Of a stretch of DNA of 64,000 nucleotides, positions 16,763-35,121 are shown one piece after another. The translations under genes and the position numbers were made by a program. The stretch lies in assembly GCF_009914755.1 (NCBI RefSeq), contig NC_060939.1, one strand, 5' to 3'. Below the pieces are notes generated by a model that did no database searches, was not told the DNA's origin, and saw nothing but the letters and a program-made list of their open reading frames with translations. Numbering within the stretch: position 1 is the stretch's first letter; each line of letters begins with the position of its first letter. The stretch comes from the human T2T-CHM13v2.0 reference genome, Homo sapiens.

Positions 16763-18301
16763 TGGAAATAAAATCAGAGGGAAATATTATTGTATAAAAT
16801 CAGGACAGGCAGAACTGCTGTGGCTGAAAGTTGGTGGGGAGGGAGCAATGCAATAGACCTGAGCACCCTTCACTCCTGTGGGGCTCCCCAAACTCCTAAG
16901 CTTCACTGGCAGTTAGGAAACCTAGCTTCTCTGCCTGGTTCTTTGTAACCTTGGGTGAGTTCCTTTGCCTTTCTAGGCCTCAGTTTCCCCATCTGTAAAA
17001 TGAGATGTTGGGCCCGTTGTCCTCCAAGGTCTCGCCAGCTCTGACATTCTGAAACTCTGTGCTTCTCCTCCCCTGGAGACAAAAACCCCAGAAGCTTGGG
17101 TCGGTAGGAGCCCTGGACCAGGGAGAGGGAACAGCTGGGGCCAGGCTGGCCAGCTCCCAATTGTTCAATGGAGGAGGAGGAGGGCGAGATGCATGGTGCT
17201 CTCCAAAGCGACAGCTGGGTGAGCCTGGCTGGGGGCCTCGTCCCCGCCTGCCATCTGTGCCTCCTTCCTGCCTTCGGCCAGTGGGGGGCCAGTGGGGGTT
17301 GTGGTTGGGGCCTAGGCCAGATAACAACCTGGGTAGAAGCGGGAGGGGCTGGCCAAGAAAATGCAGGGAAGAGTCTGGTTGCTCACTCTTGGGTGCTTAA
17401 CTCTTTGCACCCACTCCCCACTTTTTCCCACCCTGATCTATAGAATTCTGGAAAGGAAGTGATACACAGCCCTAGGTCCACCCGAGCTGCTTAATGGCTC
17501 TGTGACCTTGGGCAAGTTACTTAACCTCCCTGAGCTTCATTCTTCTTTGTCCAGTAGACATCATTCCTAAGACCTACTCTTTGGGATTGGAACAAGGTGT
17601 AAATGAAACAGAGTAGATAAAGTACCCCAGCTCAGTGCTGACTCAGTGCCATGGGCCTGTCCAAAGAGAGCTTATACCTGGGACTGTGAACTGCTCCCGC
17701 TGATCAGAATGCAGCATGGAGGCCTGATGAGCCCCTGTGCAGTGTTTGTGAAGTGCTGTCGCTGTCCCCAGGCACAGGCGGCTTTGCAGCCAGCTTTCTC
17801 TCCTACATGCCTTTGCCCCGGCTGTTTCTCCCTCTGGATTGCCCTCGCCCACCAATATCCACATGCATACAACTCTACCCACTTAGAATAACTTATCTAT
17901 TTATAAATAAGTACTTATATTTAGGCAAAACCTTCATGCAGTTGGACAGTTTAAACTTCAGAAGCAAAGGACCTGCAGTGGACGGTCTGCCTTTCAATCC
18001 TAGCTTCCAGTTACTCAGTTCCTCCAGTAGGAGGGAATTGCTGTTAGCAGTTACTGGAGTGTCTTTCCCAAAATTATTTATATGTACATACTTAAACCTG
18101 GAAGAGTGTGAGGGATAAGGGCGCTGACCCCTGCACCATTGAAAATCCACATATAACTTTCAACTCCCCCAAAACTTAACTCTGCTGACCAGAAGCCTTA
18201 CCAATAACATAAACAGTCAATTAACACATATCTTACATGTTATATGTGTATATACTAAATTCTCACAATAAGTCAGCTAGAGAAAATGTTATTAAGGAAA
18301 C

Positions 18302-18428
18302 TGACTGGACACAGTGGCTCATGCCTGTAATCCCAGCACATTGGGAGGCCCAGGCAGGAAGATCACTTGAGGCCAAGAGTTCGAGACCAGCCCAGGCAAC
18401 ACAGTAAGAGCCCCTCTCTAAAAAAATT
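18302..18428 (+). mobile_element. Alu monomer (FLAM/AluJ left arm) within Tigger2
   Basis: Single arm followed by an A-run. Confidence 0.8.
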
Positions 18429-18523
18429 TTTTTGATTAAATTTTTAAAAAGAAAACCATAAGGAAGAGAAAATATATTTACTATTCATTAAGTGGAAGTG
18501 AATCATTATAAAAGTCTATCCTC

Positions 18524-18800
18524 GGCCAGACATGGTGGCTCATTCCTGTAATCCCAGCACTTTGGGAGGCCGAGGCGGACAGATCACCTGAGGTCAAGTG
18601 TTCAAGACCAGCCTGGCCAACATGGCGAAACCCCGTCTCTACTAAAAATACAAAAATTAGCCAGGTGTGGTGGTGCACGCCTGTAGTCCCAGCTACTCAG
18701 AAGGCTGAGGCAGGAGAATCACTCGAACCCGGGAGGTGGAGGTTGCAGTGAGCCAAGGCCTGGGTGACAGAGCGAGACTGTGTTTCAAAAAACAAAAAAA
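18524..18800 (+). mobile_element. Alu (AluSx-like) within Tigger2
   Basis: 14-bp TSD aaaagtctatcctc on both sides. Confidence 0.92.
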
Positions 18801-19234
18801 GTCTATCCTCATCTTCATGCTGAGTAGGCTGAAGGGGAGGAGGAAGAAGAGGGGTTGGCATTGCTGTCAGAGGTGGAAGTGGTGGTGGAGGTGGAAGGGA
18901 AGACAAGAGAGGCAGGCAGGCACCCTCAGTGTAACTTTACAGAAATATATCGTAATTTCTGTCTGGCTTTTTCATTTCTCTAAAAATGTTTCTATATGGT
19001 ACCAATTCTCCTTTGACCATGTGCCTGTATCATGGGAGGGTTCATGTCATGAAAGAAGTCAAGAGCAGTCTTGAATAATTGGACCCTTCTGCCAGATTGT
19101 CTAATGTCAATTTGTTTGCTGGTGCTGCTTCTTCTATGTCTTCTTCCTCATTGTCTGGCATTGCTTCAGAAGCACTCATCTCCATCAAGTTGTCTTCTGT
19201 TCATTCCTCTAGTGTGATGTCTGTTAGCTCTTAA

Positions 19235-19555
<321 letters not shown>

Positions 19556-19845
19556 TGAACCCTTCACTCCTACACACCTTTTTTACATATCCACAATCTC
19601 TTTCATTATTTCCTTGAATGGCTCTGTGGTAAATCCGGTGAGGTCATGCACAACATCTGGACACCGTTTTCTCCAGTGGGAATTTATTGCCTCAGGCTTG
19701 ATGGCTTTCACAGCTTTTTCTGTAACAATGATGGTATCTTCAACTATGTAATCCTTCCAGATTTTCATGTTGTTCTCTCTATAGAGGTTCTCTTTCTTAG
19801 TGTTGACAATCTTTTCCATACAGTACCATGTGTAATGTGTAATGA

Positions 19846-20194
<349 letters not shown>

Positions 20195-20595
20195 TAGAGG
20201 CTGAATTAGAAACATTGTGTTTAGGAGCAAGTTGAACTCATGGGGTTCTGGGTGGCCAGGGATATTGTCCAATATCAAAAGAACTTTAAAAGGCAGTTTT
20301 TCAGGGACAAAACATTCAACCAATCCAGAAAAAGTGTTCTGGTTATCCAGGCCTTCTTGTACAAAGACTACCAGCTGGTGTTAATCTTTTCCCTTCAAGA
20401 CTTGGGAGTTAGCAGCTTTACAGATAAGGGTAGTCCTGATCATAAACCTGACTACATTTGCACAAAACAGTAGAGTTAGCCTACCCCTTTCTGCCTTAAA
20501 TCCTGATGCTTGTTTCTTTTCCTCACTAACAAGTGTTCTTAATGGCATATTTTTCCAGAACAGGGCACTTTCGTCTGCATTAAAAACCTGTTCAG

Positions 20596-20915
<320 letters not shown>

Positions 20916-21989
20916 AATCTGTTTAGGCAGATGTCCTTTCTCTTCAGTGATTTTCTTAATGGCTTCTAGGAACTCATCTGCTGCTTCCTGGTTGGCAGAA
21001 GCTGCTTTTCCTGTTATCACGACATTTTATGAGCCAATTTTCTTTCAAAATGATCAAACCACCCTTTGCTGATGTTAAATTATCTGACTTTAGATCGTTC
21101 AACTTCCTTTTGCTTTGTTTTCATATAATGATTTCACCTTTTCCGGAATCATATTAGAATCTATAGGTTATACCTTTCTTATAGTAATCCTGCACCCACA
21201 TAAAAGCTGTATTTTCACAATGAGATAAGGTATTTTGAAAAGTGCAGGGTTTTCATGCCTGCTGGCATAACTCAGGAATAACTTCATGAATTTCCTTTTA
21301 TTTTTTTACAATAGTCCTTAAGCTGGATTCATTTATCTTGAAATGAGGTCTGCAGTTGTCATTCAAGGTTTACACTATTGCACTAAACACGATGAAAAAT
21401 ACATCAAGAACCTCAAGAGATCACTTTGTATTGCCATATGCAATTTATTGGAGAGATGAATTGAATCATATACATGGAGATGATTAGCCTCACATGCATT
21501 TTAAGCAGATACTTGCAACACTTGAGCTTCCTGCAATAGCAACAAGAGCAGGCTACAAAATTATTACAGTAGTACAGTAGATGCCACAATTTGGTGCAGT
21601 TATGACTTAATACTGTGTCATTAACATTTGTTTACATTTCTCTCAACTGCAAATGACACCATGTATGATCTGAAAGTGTGTGTATGTTTTGATAAATTTC
21701 AGCTTCTTATAATAGATTTGTATATATTTTATGCCAGTAAATGATAAGACAGACTAGTATCTACAGATATTCTATGCATTTATGACATACCTTTTTCTTA
21801 ATTTTTTTTTTCCTAAACAGGCTAACACAGGACTTTTTCTTAAATTTTTAAAAATATTTCTAGGCTACCTGGTTTATCGTGAGCTTTTTCAAATTGTCGC
21901 TAAACTCAAAAAAATTTCCAATTTATTGAAAAAAAATCTGTGGATAAATGGACCCAAACAATTCAAACCCGTGTTGTTCAGAGGTCAAT

Positions 21990-24930
<2,941 letters not shown>

Positions 24931-27189
24931 AGCATTTTATTATTAAACTTTCAAACATACTGCAAAGTTTAAATCATTTAGCAGTGAACACCACCTAGAT
25001 TAATGGTATTAACAGCTTGCTGTACTTCTCAAAGCTGAGTGTCCTATTTGTTTGAGGTAGAGAAGAGGCTCGAACAGATAATTCTTTGGGAACATTCTGG
25101 GTAGCGGACATAAAACCTGGCACATGGCAAGTCAACAGATGATGCTCAGATATGCAAATACTGAAAGTGAGGCCCCAGGCAGCTAGTTCCCTTTCCAAGG
25201 TGTCACGAGGTGTCAGAAGTAGGGAAGAGCCCAGATTTAGGACATAAGGTGGGTAGGGTGATTCTCAGATGAGAGGAGGCAAAGGATGAAGGCCTCCCCC
25301 AGTCCCCAGTGTTCTGAACTCCACAGGACCCAGGGAGTGGGTGAGTGGCCTTCCAGGACACCATTCTTTCCTGACAGCTGGCGGGAATTTCCTTTCTCTT
25401 TCTTTCTGTCTACTACTCCTTCCCTGCTGGCTCCTCCTGGCAGAGCCCCAGACAAAGAAAGAGAAGTGGCCTGAGCAGGTGCTTCCCTCCTCCCCTGAAT
25501 GAGCTCTTCCTGGAGAGCGAGGGTGGAGAAAGCAGGGCAGCTGTGGGCACTGGGGGTTGGGGTGTTGTGTTGGGGGATGGGCAGGGAAGGGGCCAAGGGA
25601 GTTTTGTGCCTCTCTAAGCCCATGTGCTGGACAGGGCCTTGATGTTGTCCTTTCTTATCTACACTATTGCAATCACTGCACTGAGTCCCCAAAAATGATA
25701 AAAATACACAGTTTTGTAGTCAGGCAGATTTGGGTTCAGCGAGATCAGCGTGTTCAGGGTGGTATGGCCGTAGACCAGCCAAATCTAGGCATTGCCAGAA
25801 ACCTGCCGCATGCCCTTGGGTGAGATTTGGCTCTGGGCTCCTTCCTGGGCAGTGAGAGGATCTGTGGCTCAGCTGCAGCACAGGTGAGGAGCAAAGAAGA
25901 CCCTCGACAAACAGGCCCTAGGCTTCCCTCTCCCCAGGCTCCCCGCTCCTGATCTCCCTTCACTCTCATGCTCCCCCACCCCTACTCTAAAAACCCCTAA
26001 GGCCTCCCTTTCTGGATGAAGTCCTGCCCCACCCTGGCTCCATGGCTTGGCCCACTCTGCCCCTTCCTGACTCACCTGCCCTCACCAGACCTTGAGCCAG
26101 CCCCGGTCTCTTCTACCTGCCTGCCCTTCTTCATGCTCCTCTCTGCACAGCTCAGGGCACCGCCTCCAGGAAGCCACCTGGAGCCATCCTGCTTCTTCCT
26201 CTGCTTTGCCAACAGACTCTCCGCTTCCTGCCATGTCCTTGCCATGTTTGAGGCAGGGGTATCGTGGTCTGTTTTCACACCTGTTCCTGCTTCTAGGCGA
26301 TGGGCTCCTTGAGGCTGGGAAACACACCCATTCGTTTTTCCATTCCCAACAGCCAGAGTTCAGCCCAAATACTGGACAGGGATCTTTTCGGACAGAGAAA
26401 TCTTTTGAGGCCCAGGGTGCAGATGAGTCTTGGCCAAAGCCCCACATCTGCCTGATGGCAAAGCTTTGGATTTAAAACCCTGCGTGAGGAGTGGGACGGG
26501 TGAGGCCCTGTGGATAAGCCAGGTTTGCACTGGGCCTCTCTATTCACTACTTCCCCCTTCTCAGCCTCAGTTTCCCCATCTGTGAGATGGGAGAGTGCAC
26601 TGAAGATGGGCGGGGGGATGTGGAGGAATGCTGAAAGAGCTAGTTCTATGTTTTAGTGGAGGGAGTTGCTGGAAAGGAAAGAGACTTCAGACCAGTTACT
26701 TCCATCTCTGGAAATAGAATATGGGGCAGTGAAGACCATGGGCTTCGGGACCTGGAGTCCTGACCCAGCCATTTGCTAGATGAGTTATTACTCCTGAAAG
26801 CCTTGGATTTCTTATTTGTAAACGAGAGATAATAAATCCCACCTGGCAGGGTTGTCATGATGACAGTAATCACCCACACCTGTTGAACACGTACAACGGG
26901 CCAGGGACTGTTCTAAGCTCTTGAGACGCCTGGTGCCACTGAATACTCAGCAACCTTGCAGATGAGGAAACAGGTATAGCTTATACAAAGTCGCACAGCT
27001 GGGAAGTGCTGGAACTGGAATAAAATAGAGTGATGCTGGCTAAGAGTTTAGCACCGTGCCTGACACACAGTGAGCCTCGGTCAGCGAGAGGGCCTAGGTC
27101 ATCTGCCCCACAACGTGTTCACACTTGCAACCTGCAGGCATGGCCCAGGGCTGGGGAGGGGGGGCGCTACAGGGGATCCAAGAACCTTC

Positions 27190-27620
27190 TGGATCATGCA
27201 GACAACACAGACAAGGTCCCTGTTCTCAGGAGTTGTGTGAGCCAGTCAGGAGACAAACAATGAACAAGGGCGCAAACAGTCGTTAAGATTAATCAGACAG
27301 TGATGGGTGCTGTGAAGAAATCCAACACAGTGATGCCGTAGAGACTTGTGATGGATATGTTAGGTAAGACAGTCCGAAGGACCTCTCTGCAAACTTGAAT
27401 GGGATGGAGCCGGTCAAGTAAAGAGCATGCGGAAGAGTAGTGCCCTAGAAAGAGAGAATAGCATGTGCTGAGGCCCAGGGCGGGGAGCCCCAGGGTGGGA
27501 AGCCAATGGTAGTCAGGGGCTGGGCTACCCAGAACCTTGGAGACCACGCCAGTTTGGATTTTCTTCTAGGTGATGTGGGAAGCCATTGGAGGGTTTCAAG
27601 CTCAAGGTTAGCTCTCACTT
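27190..27620. mobile_element. L2 fragment
   Basis: cagacaaggtccctgttctcaggag...gatgtgggaagccattggagggtttcaag, typical of L2 3' region. Confidence 0.6.
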
Positions 27621-27672
27621 GAGCTAAACAAAGAAATATGGTAACAACACACCCCATAGAAAGCCAAAGACA

Positions 27673-27928
27673 GGCCGAGCACGGTGGCTCACGCCTGTAA
27701 TCCCAGCACTTTGGGAGGCCGAGGTGGGTAGATCACCTGAGGTCAGGAGTTCGAGACTAGCCTGACCAACGTGCAGAAACCCCATCTCTACTAAAAATAC
27801 AAAATTAGCTGGGCGTGGTGGCATGTGCCTGTAATCCCAACTACTCGGGAGGCTGAAGCAGCAGAATTGCTTGAACCTGGGAGGCAGAGGTTGCGGTGAG
27901 CCAAGACCACACCACTGCACTCCTCCAT
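27673..27928 (+). mobile_element. Alu (AluSp-like) with a short 3' deletion
   Basis: Dimer ending cactgcactc-ctccatc. Confidence 0.9.
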
Positions 27929-28091
27929 CAGAAAGAAAGAGAGAAAGAGAGAGAGAGAGAGAGAAAGAAGGAAGGAAGGAAGGAAGGAGGGAAGGAAGGA
28001 AAGAGAAAGAAAGGAAAGAAGAAAGAAAAAGAAAAGAAAGAAAGAAAAGAAAAGAAAGAAAGGAAGCAAGCAAGCAAGCAAGCAAGCAAGC
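27929..28091 (+). repeat. Compound microsatellite (AG)n/(GAAG)n/(GAAA)n/(GCAA)n grown from the Alu tail
   Basis: Read directly from the sequence. Confidence 0.95.
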
Positions 28092-28654
28092 CGGAGACAG
28101 GACTTGGCCTTGAGAAGCAGGGAGCCCTGTTCACGCCCAGACCATGGCCTGTTCACTGTGCTGAGGTGAAGGCGACTTGGAGCCTTTATCTCTCAGGACA
28201 CAACTGGGTGTGTGAAATCCACACGGGCATCTTGGCACCTCTGCAGTTGGGCAGATTCCCTAAAGGGAACAGGGAATCTTGCTGGCCAGGGCCAAGGTGG
28301 GAAGTGGCTGTGAAGAGTGTGGTCAGTTTTCCAGCCTGGTGGGTGGGATGTGTTCTCTGACTGAAATTGCAGTATGCTTTGCGTGAATGCATGAGTGGGC
28401 CAGGGCTAGGACAGCCAAGAAGAGCAATCTATTCCCGGGACTGACCTTGACTTTTGGCCTCACTTTCGTTGAGCTCAATGGGCAATGCTGGCTCTGAGTT
28501 AGCTGTGAGTTTCAGGAAAAAAAAATTCAACTTTCTAAAAATATCAATCCAATGGTGGGTTTTGGGCTCAACAAAGAAACCCCTGACAGTTTCCTGTTAA
28601 TAAAATAAATATATTTTTCTTGGAGAAATAAACCAAATAAGAAAAAATAAATAA

Positions 28655-29360
<706 letters not shown>

Positions 29361-29439
29361 AGCAAAAATATTTAGAATCATTAGTTTCCGTAGATGGATC
29401 AGAAGTGAAAAGGGGCAATGAATGTGATAAGGAACTAAT

Positions 29440-30030
29440 ACACAGAATTAATATCTCTGATATACAAAGAGCTCTTATAAATTATTAAGAAAAAGATAAA
29501 CACCAATACACCATTAGGAAATAATTGAGGACCTCATAGAATCAGAAGATTCACAAGCAAATAAATGCAAATATCTGCTAAGCAAATGAAGATATAAGCA
29601 ACCTTACAAAGCATCAAAGACTTGCAAAGGAAAACAATGAGATATTTTTCATCTGAAAATAAGCAGATAAAAATATTATAATATTGGGTGCTGTCAGGGT
29701 TATAGGGAAATGGCCATTCTCTTGAGTTGCTGACAGGAGTGTAAATTAGTACAACCATTGTGAAAGGCATCTTAAAATTCATAACAAAAGCATTTTTTTA
29801 AAGTGCAGATCTATTACCTAGCATTTTCACTTACAATAATTTATCTTTTTAAAAATTCATGTGTGGAAGAATTCAGCTACTATGTTTGCCTCAGCCTTTT
29901 TAGAGTATTGGAAATTATAAAGCACTTATGGATCCAAAAGTAGGGAATTGCATAAGGTATTGTAGTACAGCCACACTGAGGAATACAACGCAGCCGTGAA
30001 AATCATGCTGTTCAAGAATGTTCAATGGCA
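29440..30030 (+). mobile_element. Old L1 3' fragment
   Basis: atatacaaagagctcttataaatt...ggagtgtaaattagtacaaccattgtgaaaggca. Confidence 0.6.
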
Positions 30031-30369
30031 CAGGAAAAGGAACCACAACCACTCTCTCCAGCTGGGCATAAAATGGAGCTGATACTCACCACGACATAAT
30101 AGGAATTATTCTTCCTCTGTATTTCCCAATTTTTCTGTTGTTGTTTTTTTTTCCTACTTTCTTAAAAAGTGAAGAGGAATCTTCTGGAATGTCAGGGACT
30201 GTGCCCACAGTTTGAGACCCAGGAAAATTGGCTCAACATCCCTGTTGGCTGTAGACCCACATATGAGCCAAAGCCTCACCCACATGGCTTACCTGCCTCA
30301 GTTTCCCATATCAAAATCTGAGATGATAATGCCTGTTCTGCCTCCCTCACAACAAATAGAAAATATAGC

Positions 30370-30802
30370 TGTGTTAATGTTCTGTTGTTGCATAACAAAT
30401 TACCCCAAAATGTGGCTGGGTAGTTCTGGTTCAGGGTCTCATTTGGTTGCGTTAAAGCTGTCGGCCAGGGCTGCAGTCATCTGAAGGCTCGACTGGGGAA
30501 TATACACTTCCAAGCTCATTCTTGCAGCTATTGGCAGGAGGCCTCACTTCCTTGCAGGCTGTTGGCCAGAGACCTCAGTCCCTCACACCTGGTCTCTCCA
30601 TAGGCTAAGTGTTCTCACTCATGGCAGCTGGCCTCCTCTGAGTGGTGATCCAGGTGAGAGCAAGAGAGCCCAGGCAGAAACTGGAATCTTGTGTAACCCT
30701 GGCCACATTCTATTAGTAACACAGACCAACCCTGGTGCAATATGGGAGGGGACTACACAAGGCATGTATACTAGGAGGTGAGATTACAGGAGACCATCCC
30801 AG
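30370..30802 (-). mobile_element. MaLR solo LTR (MLT1F-like)
   Basis: tgcataacaaattaccccaaa...ggctgcagtcatctgaaggctcgactgggg...gactacacaaggcatg. Confidence 0.75.
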
Positions 30803-31040
30803 GGTTAAAGTGCTTAACAGGGAAAGGTGTGTTCTAAGGGGCAGTCAGGGGCTATCCATAAGCTCCCAAAGTTCTGACTGTGCCCAGCTTTTTTGGAAGC
30901 CCTTGAGAGCATGATGGGGCCCATAGGAATAGTGAACCGGGGTGAAAAGATCCCACTCCACTTGTTCGCTGAGTGCAGCATGGGGAAGATTTATATCTAA
31001 AGTAACAGCAACTATCCCTGAGCAACTTGGTAATCGGGAG

Positions 31041-31068
<28 letters not shown>
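31041..31068 (+). repeat. (GT)14 microsatellite
   Basis: Read directly from the sequence. Confidence 0.95.
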
Positions 31069-31072
<4 letters not shown>

Positions 31073-31130
31073 TTTTGGTGTTTTTCAAGTCATCTTCTTT
31101 GAGTATGCATAATTTTCTGGTTTTTAAAAA

Positions 31131-31450
31131 TTTTTTGAGACAGAATCTCACTCTGTCGCCCAGGCTGGGGTGCAGTGGTACAATCATAGCTCACTGCAGC
31201 CTCAGTCTCCTGGAATCAAGTGATCCTCCCACCTCAGCCTCCCAAAGTGCTGGGATTACAGGCATGAGCCAAGTACATAGAATGTTTGTATAACAGCCGG
31301 GACATAGATGTGCACCACCATGCCTGGCTAATTTTTGTGTGTGTACAGATGGGGTCTCACTATGTTGCCCAGGCTGATCTTGAACTCCTGGACTCTAGCA
31401 ATTCTCTTATCTCAGCCTTCCAAAGTGCTGGGATTACAGACGTGAGCCAA
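31131..31450 (-). mobile_element. Rearranged AluJ-like element
   Basis: Antisense Alu with an internal copy of its own 5' end (see findings). Confidence 0.8.
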
Positions 31451-32108
31451 GTATAATACACATCATTTTTGAAGTTAAAACAGAAATGTCTGAGGACAGT
31501 GAATTCATCTGACTCTCAAAAGAGACTGCAAGTGATACAGTGGCTCAGCTTTGGAAGTGAAGAAATGGTGCCTCTAGAACCAGGAAGAATCCTGTTCTGG
31601 GATGGAGTGGCCTAGGGAGAGGTGGAGAGGGAGGAGATACATCAGGCAGCAAACCAGGCCCCTTAGGTTATGAGGCAGGGACCTGCCACCCCATGAGCCT
31701 GCCCCTCCCCACCCCCACCAAGTGGCCAGGGACTGCAGGTGGGATGTGAGAGCCACATAATGTGAGCTCGGCGACCTTAGAGCAGCCCCTCACATCACAG
31801 TTTGGATCAGATGCGCCTAATGGGGGGTACCAGGGTGTGGGGTATGGGTTGAAGATGAGATCAGGTGCAGGTGGATGTGAGGACATAGCAGGCAGGAGAA
31901 CCCACACCCCCAGGGAAAGGGTCTACAAACAAGTTGTAGCTTACAGGGGTGGTGAATGGGGGCCACTGTGAGTGCTGGAAACCTAAGCCGGTAGGTGGGT
32001 GGTGGAAGTGCAGAGTCTGCCCTCTTCTGCCCTTCAGCAGTAACTGAAAGGGGTGTCATTTGGAATGTCAGAGTTGGAAGGAGCCTCAGAATTGATTGGG
32101 ATCCATCA

Positions 32109-32779
<671 letters not shown>

Positions 32780-33055
32780 CTAACTAGGAAAGGGACTCCA
32801 GCTCCCAAGAGCTGACAAATAAAAGAAGGGTTGACTTTTTCGGTGGACCCAGAAGCAGCAGTAGGAGCTTATGGCAAAAGTTAGAAGGAGGCGGATTTTC
32901 ATCTCATTATGAAGAATTTTCTAAGTGATGGGCACAGTTGTGAGCTGGGGTTGACTGGGAGCGGGAGAGAGGCTGCGTGTGTGTCTCGGGTCCTGGTCGG
33001 CTCAGTTCCCTCCCACAGAGTCTAAGAGCTTGGATGTGGCTGAGAGTAGCGCAGC

Positions 33056-33074
33056 CACCGCCCTCTGCTGGTGG
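33056..33074 (-). promoter_or_regulatory. Candidate CTCF site
   Basis: Minus strand CCACCAGCAGAGGGCGGTG matches the core CCASYAGRKGGCRS. Confidence 0.5.
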
Positions 33075-34374
33075 AATGCTGGTAGCACAGCTTTCCTGCT
33101 TGGCCACGATGCTGCCCTCTGGCTAGGCGAGGCTTTCCAGAGAAGAAGCAACCCTTTGGGGTCTGAGAGCTCCCTGCTGGGGGCTTCGGGACGGTGGGTA
33201 GTATATATTCTCTGCACACATGTGCCCGGAAGACAGACGAGGCCATCAGAATGCCCGCCAGTGTCTGTAACTCGGGAGTGAAGCCAGCGAATGCCCCAGG
33301 TGATTGTGTGCCCTGGGTCTTCAGGTGACCCTGCTGCCCCTTCCTGTGAGCAAGGTCTCCAGAACTGACAGGTGGGATGGGGCACTGGCCTGGGTGTCTG
33401 CAAACCTGGGTGTGGCCTGGCACAGCCATCACCCTCTTACTCACTGGGTGACCTCAAGCAAGTGCCCTCCCCAAACTGGACTTGCACTGGCGGTGGGGTG
33501 GAAGAGTAGGGGCCCTGACCGCCAGAGAAAGGCTCGTGGGCAGTGGCTTCTCCGTGGAGCACACGCGAAGAACATCAAACTCAGCAGTGTTCCATGACCT
33601 CACCAGGCAGGGTTGGAGTAAGAGTTTGCCCTGATCCCAACTACCTTATTCCCTCTTTCTCCCTCCAGCCTTTCCACCGGTGCCCTCATGCTCTTTTCCC
33701 TCAGACCTGCCTTCAGGAATATTCTCAAAGCTTATTCAGAATGAGTCCACAGTGACCAATATTATCTCCCACTACACTCTCTTTAGGGGTATTTTTATTT
33801 TATTTTGAGAGCAGCAAGGTGGAGCACGAAAGGAATGAATCCCTAATAGTAGAACTTCAGGTATCAGTCAGCTAGAGAGTCAGAGATTCTTTTATAAGGC
33901 AAAAAGACTTAGGCAAGAAGAAAGAGGAACTCTTCCCCCTTCCTTTTGTACTGGTCAGACCACAGGCTGGAACTACAGTATTGTTCTCAGCTCCGTGAGC
34001 CACACTGAAATTGGGAAATAGAGCAGAAGGTAATCTGAAGAAGGCAGCCATGATGGCGAAAATACTTCTAGTCCAGCATGAATTGGAATGTTTGTACCCC
34101 GCTTCAGCATGCTCTGGAATTCCCCTTGCGGCAGCTGCCTCCCATTTTGCTGTCAGTCATTCATGAGGATTTCACAGTAACTTTGAGGACAGGAAACAAG
34201 CTGTGTCAATTCCCTTTCCTCGGTCAGTTCAGCCTCTGCTTGGGCCTTTGGAGCTGTCTCTTCCTCTAGCTCACCTTCCCAGGGAAAGTAAAGCCTCTGA
34301 GGGCAGGAATAGCATCTTCTAGGCAGAGGAGGGGTATCCTGTGTCTGGAAAGAAATGGGGACTTGAGGAGGTAG

Positions 34375-34810
34375 GAGGTGAAGTTGTAAATTCTAGTTTG
34401 AGCTTTGCCACTTAGTTGCTGCGTGATCTTGAGCAAGACCATGAACCCTTCTGAGCCTCTGTTGTCTCATCTCTGAAGTTAGGGAAATGATAACTCCTCC
34501 ACAGAGGTAGTGAGACTCAAATAAGATGTTTATAGATCTATTTTTGTAAAACCAAGGTCATGGAGATCATAACAAGTTAGTACATATTTAAAGTGCTTAG
34601 AAAACATTAACACATTGTAGGTTCTCTGTAAATGTTAGCTGCAATTCCACCTCCTGGAAGAGAGAATTTATTCACTTAACAAATTTTTACTGAGCACCTT
34701 CTCTGTACCCGGCACTGTGGGAAGCACTGGGGACCCAGCAGTGAACAAAACAGACAAAAACCCCAGCCTTCATGGGGCCTACACGCTAGCGGAGGAGACA
34801 GATAATAAAG
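34375..34810. mobile_element. MIR (34375-34640) followed by L2 (34670-34810)
   Basis: gctttgccacttagttgctgcgtgatcttgagcaag; tttactgagcacct...cagcagtgaacaaaacagacaaa. Confidence 0.65.
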
Positions 34811-34837
34811 TGGATTATAGGGTATAATATAGTATAA

Positions 34838-34881
34838 TAATAGAACAGAAATGGAATAGAATATAGAATAGAATAGAATAA
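34838..34881 (+). repeat. (AATAG)n degenerate pentamer repeat
   Basis: atagaatatagaatagaatagaata. Confidence 0.8.
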
Positions 34882-34966
34882 TGCTAGGAGGAGAAATTGA
34901 TTAGGGAAGGGGACAGGGGTGTGGGCAGGTGGAGGGGTGGCTGAATTTAAATACAGTGGTCAGGGA

Positions 34967-35121
34967 ATCTGATAGGCTCAGCTTGAGTTAGACGCTCATC
35001 CTGGCCCAATCAGCTGTGTGTTTGTGTGTGCAAGGGCACAGTGTGGGCAGATAAGGATATCTGATTGGCTCAGCTTGAATTAGATGCCCATTATGATCCA
35101 ATCAGTTTAGCGTGTGTGTGC
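34967..35121 (+). repeat. Two-copy duplication (period ~92 bp) of a CCAAT-bearing, MLT1-like segment
   Basis: atctgat(a/t)ggctcagcttga(g/a)ttaga...ccaatcag...tgtgtgtgc occurs twice. Confidence 0.75.

Noticed and set aside
19583-19819. Transposase-like ORF as a possible domesticated TIGD-type gene
   Set aside because: A 78-aa remnant; the surrounding frame is broken by stops, indels and Alu insertions.
27624-28360. ORFs rich in F/L/S or K/E/R
   Set aside because: Artefacts of the Alu and the GA-rich microsatellite.
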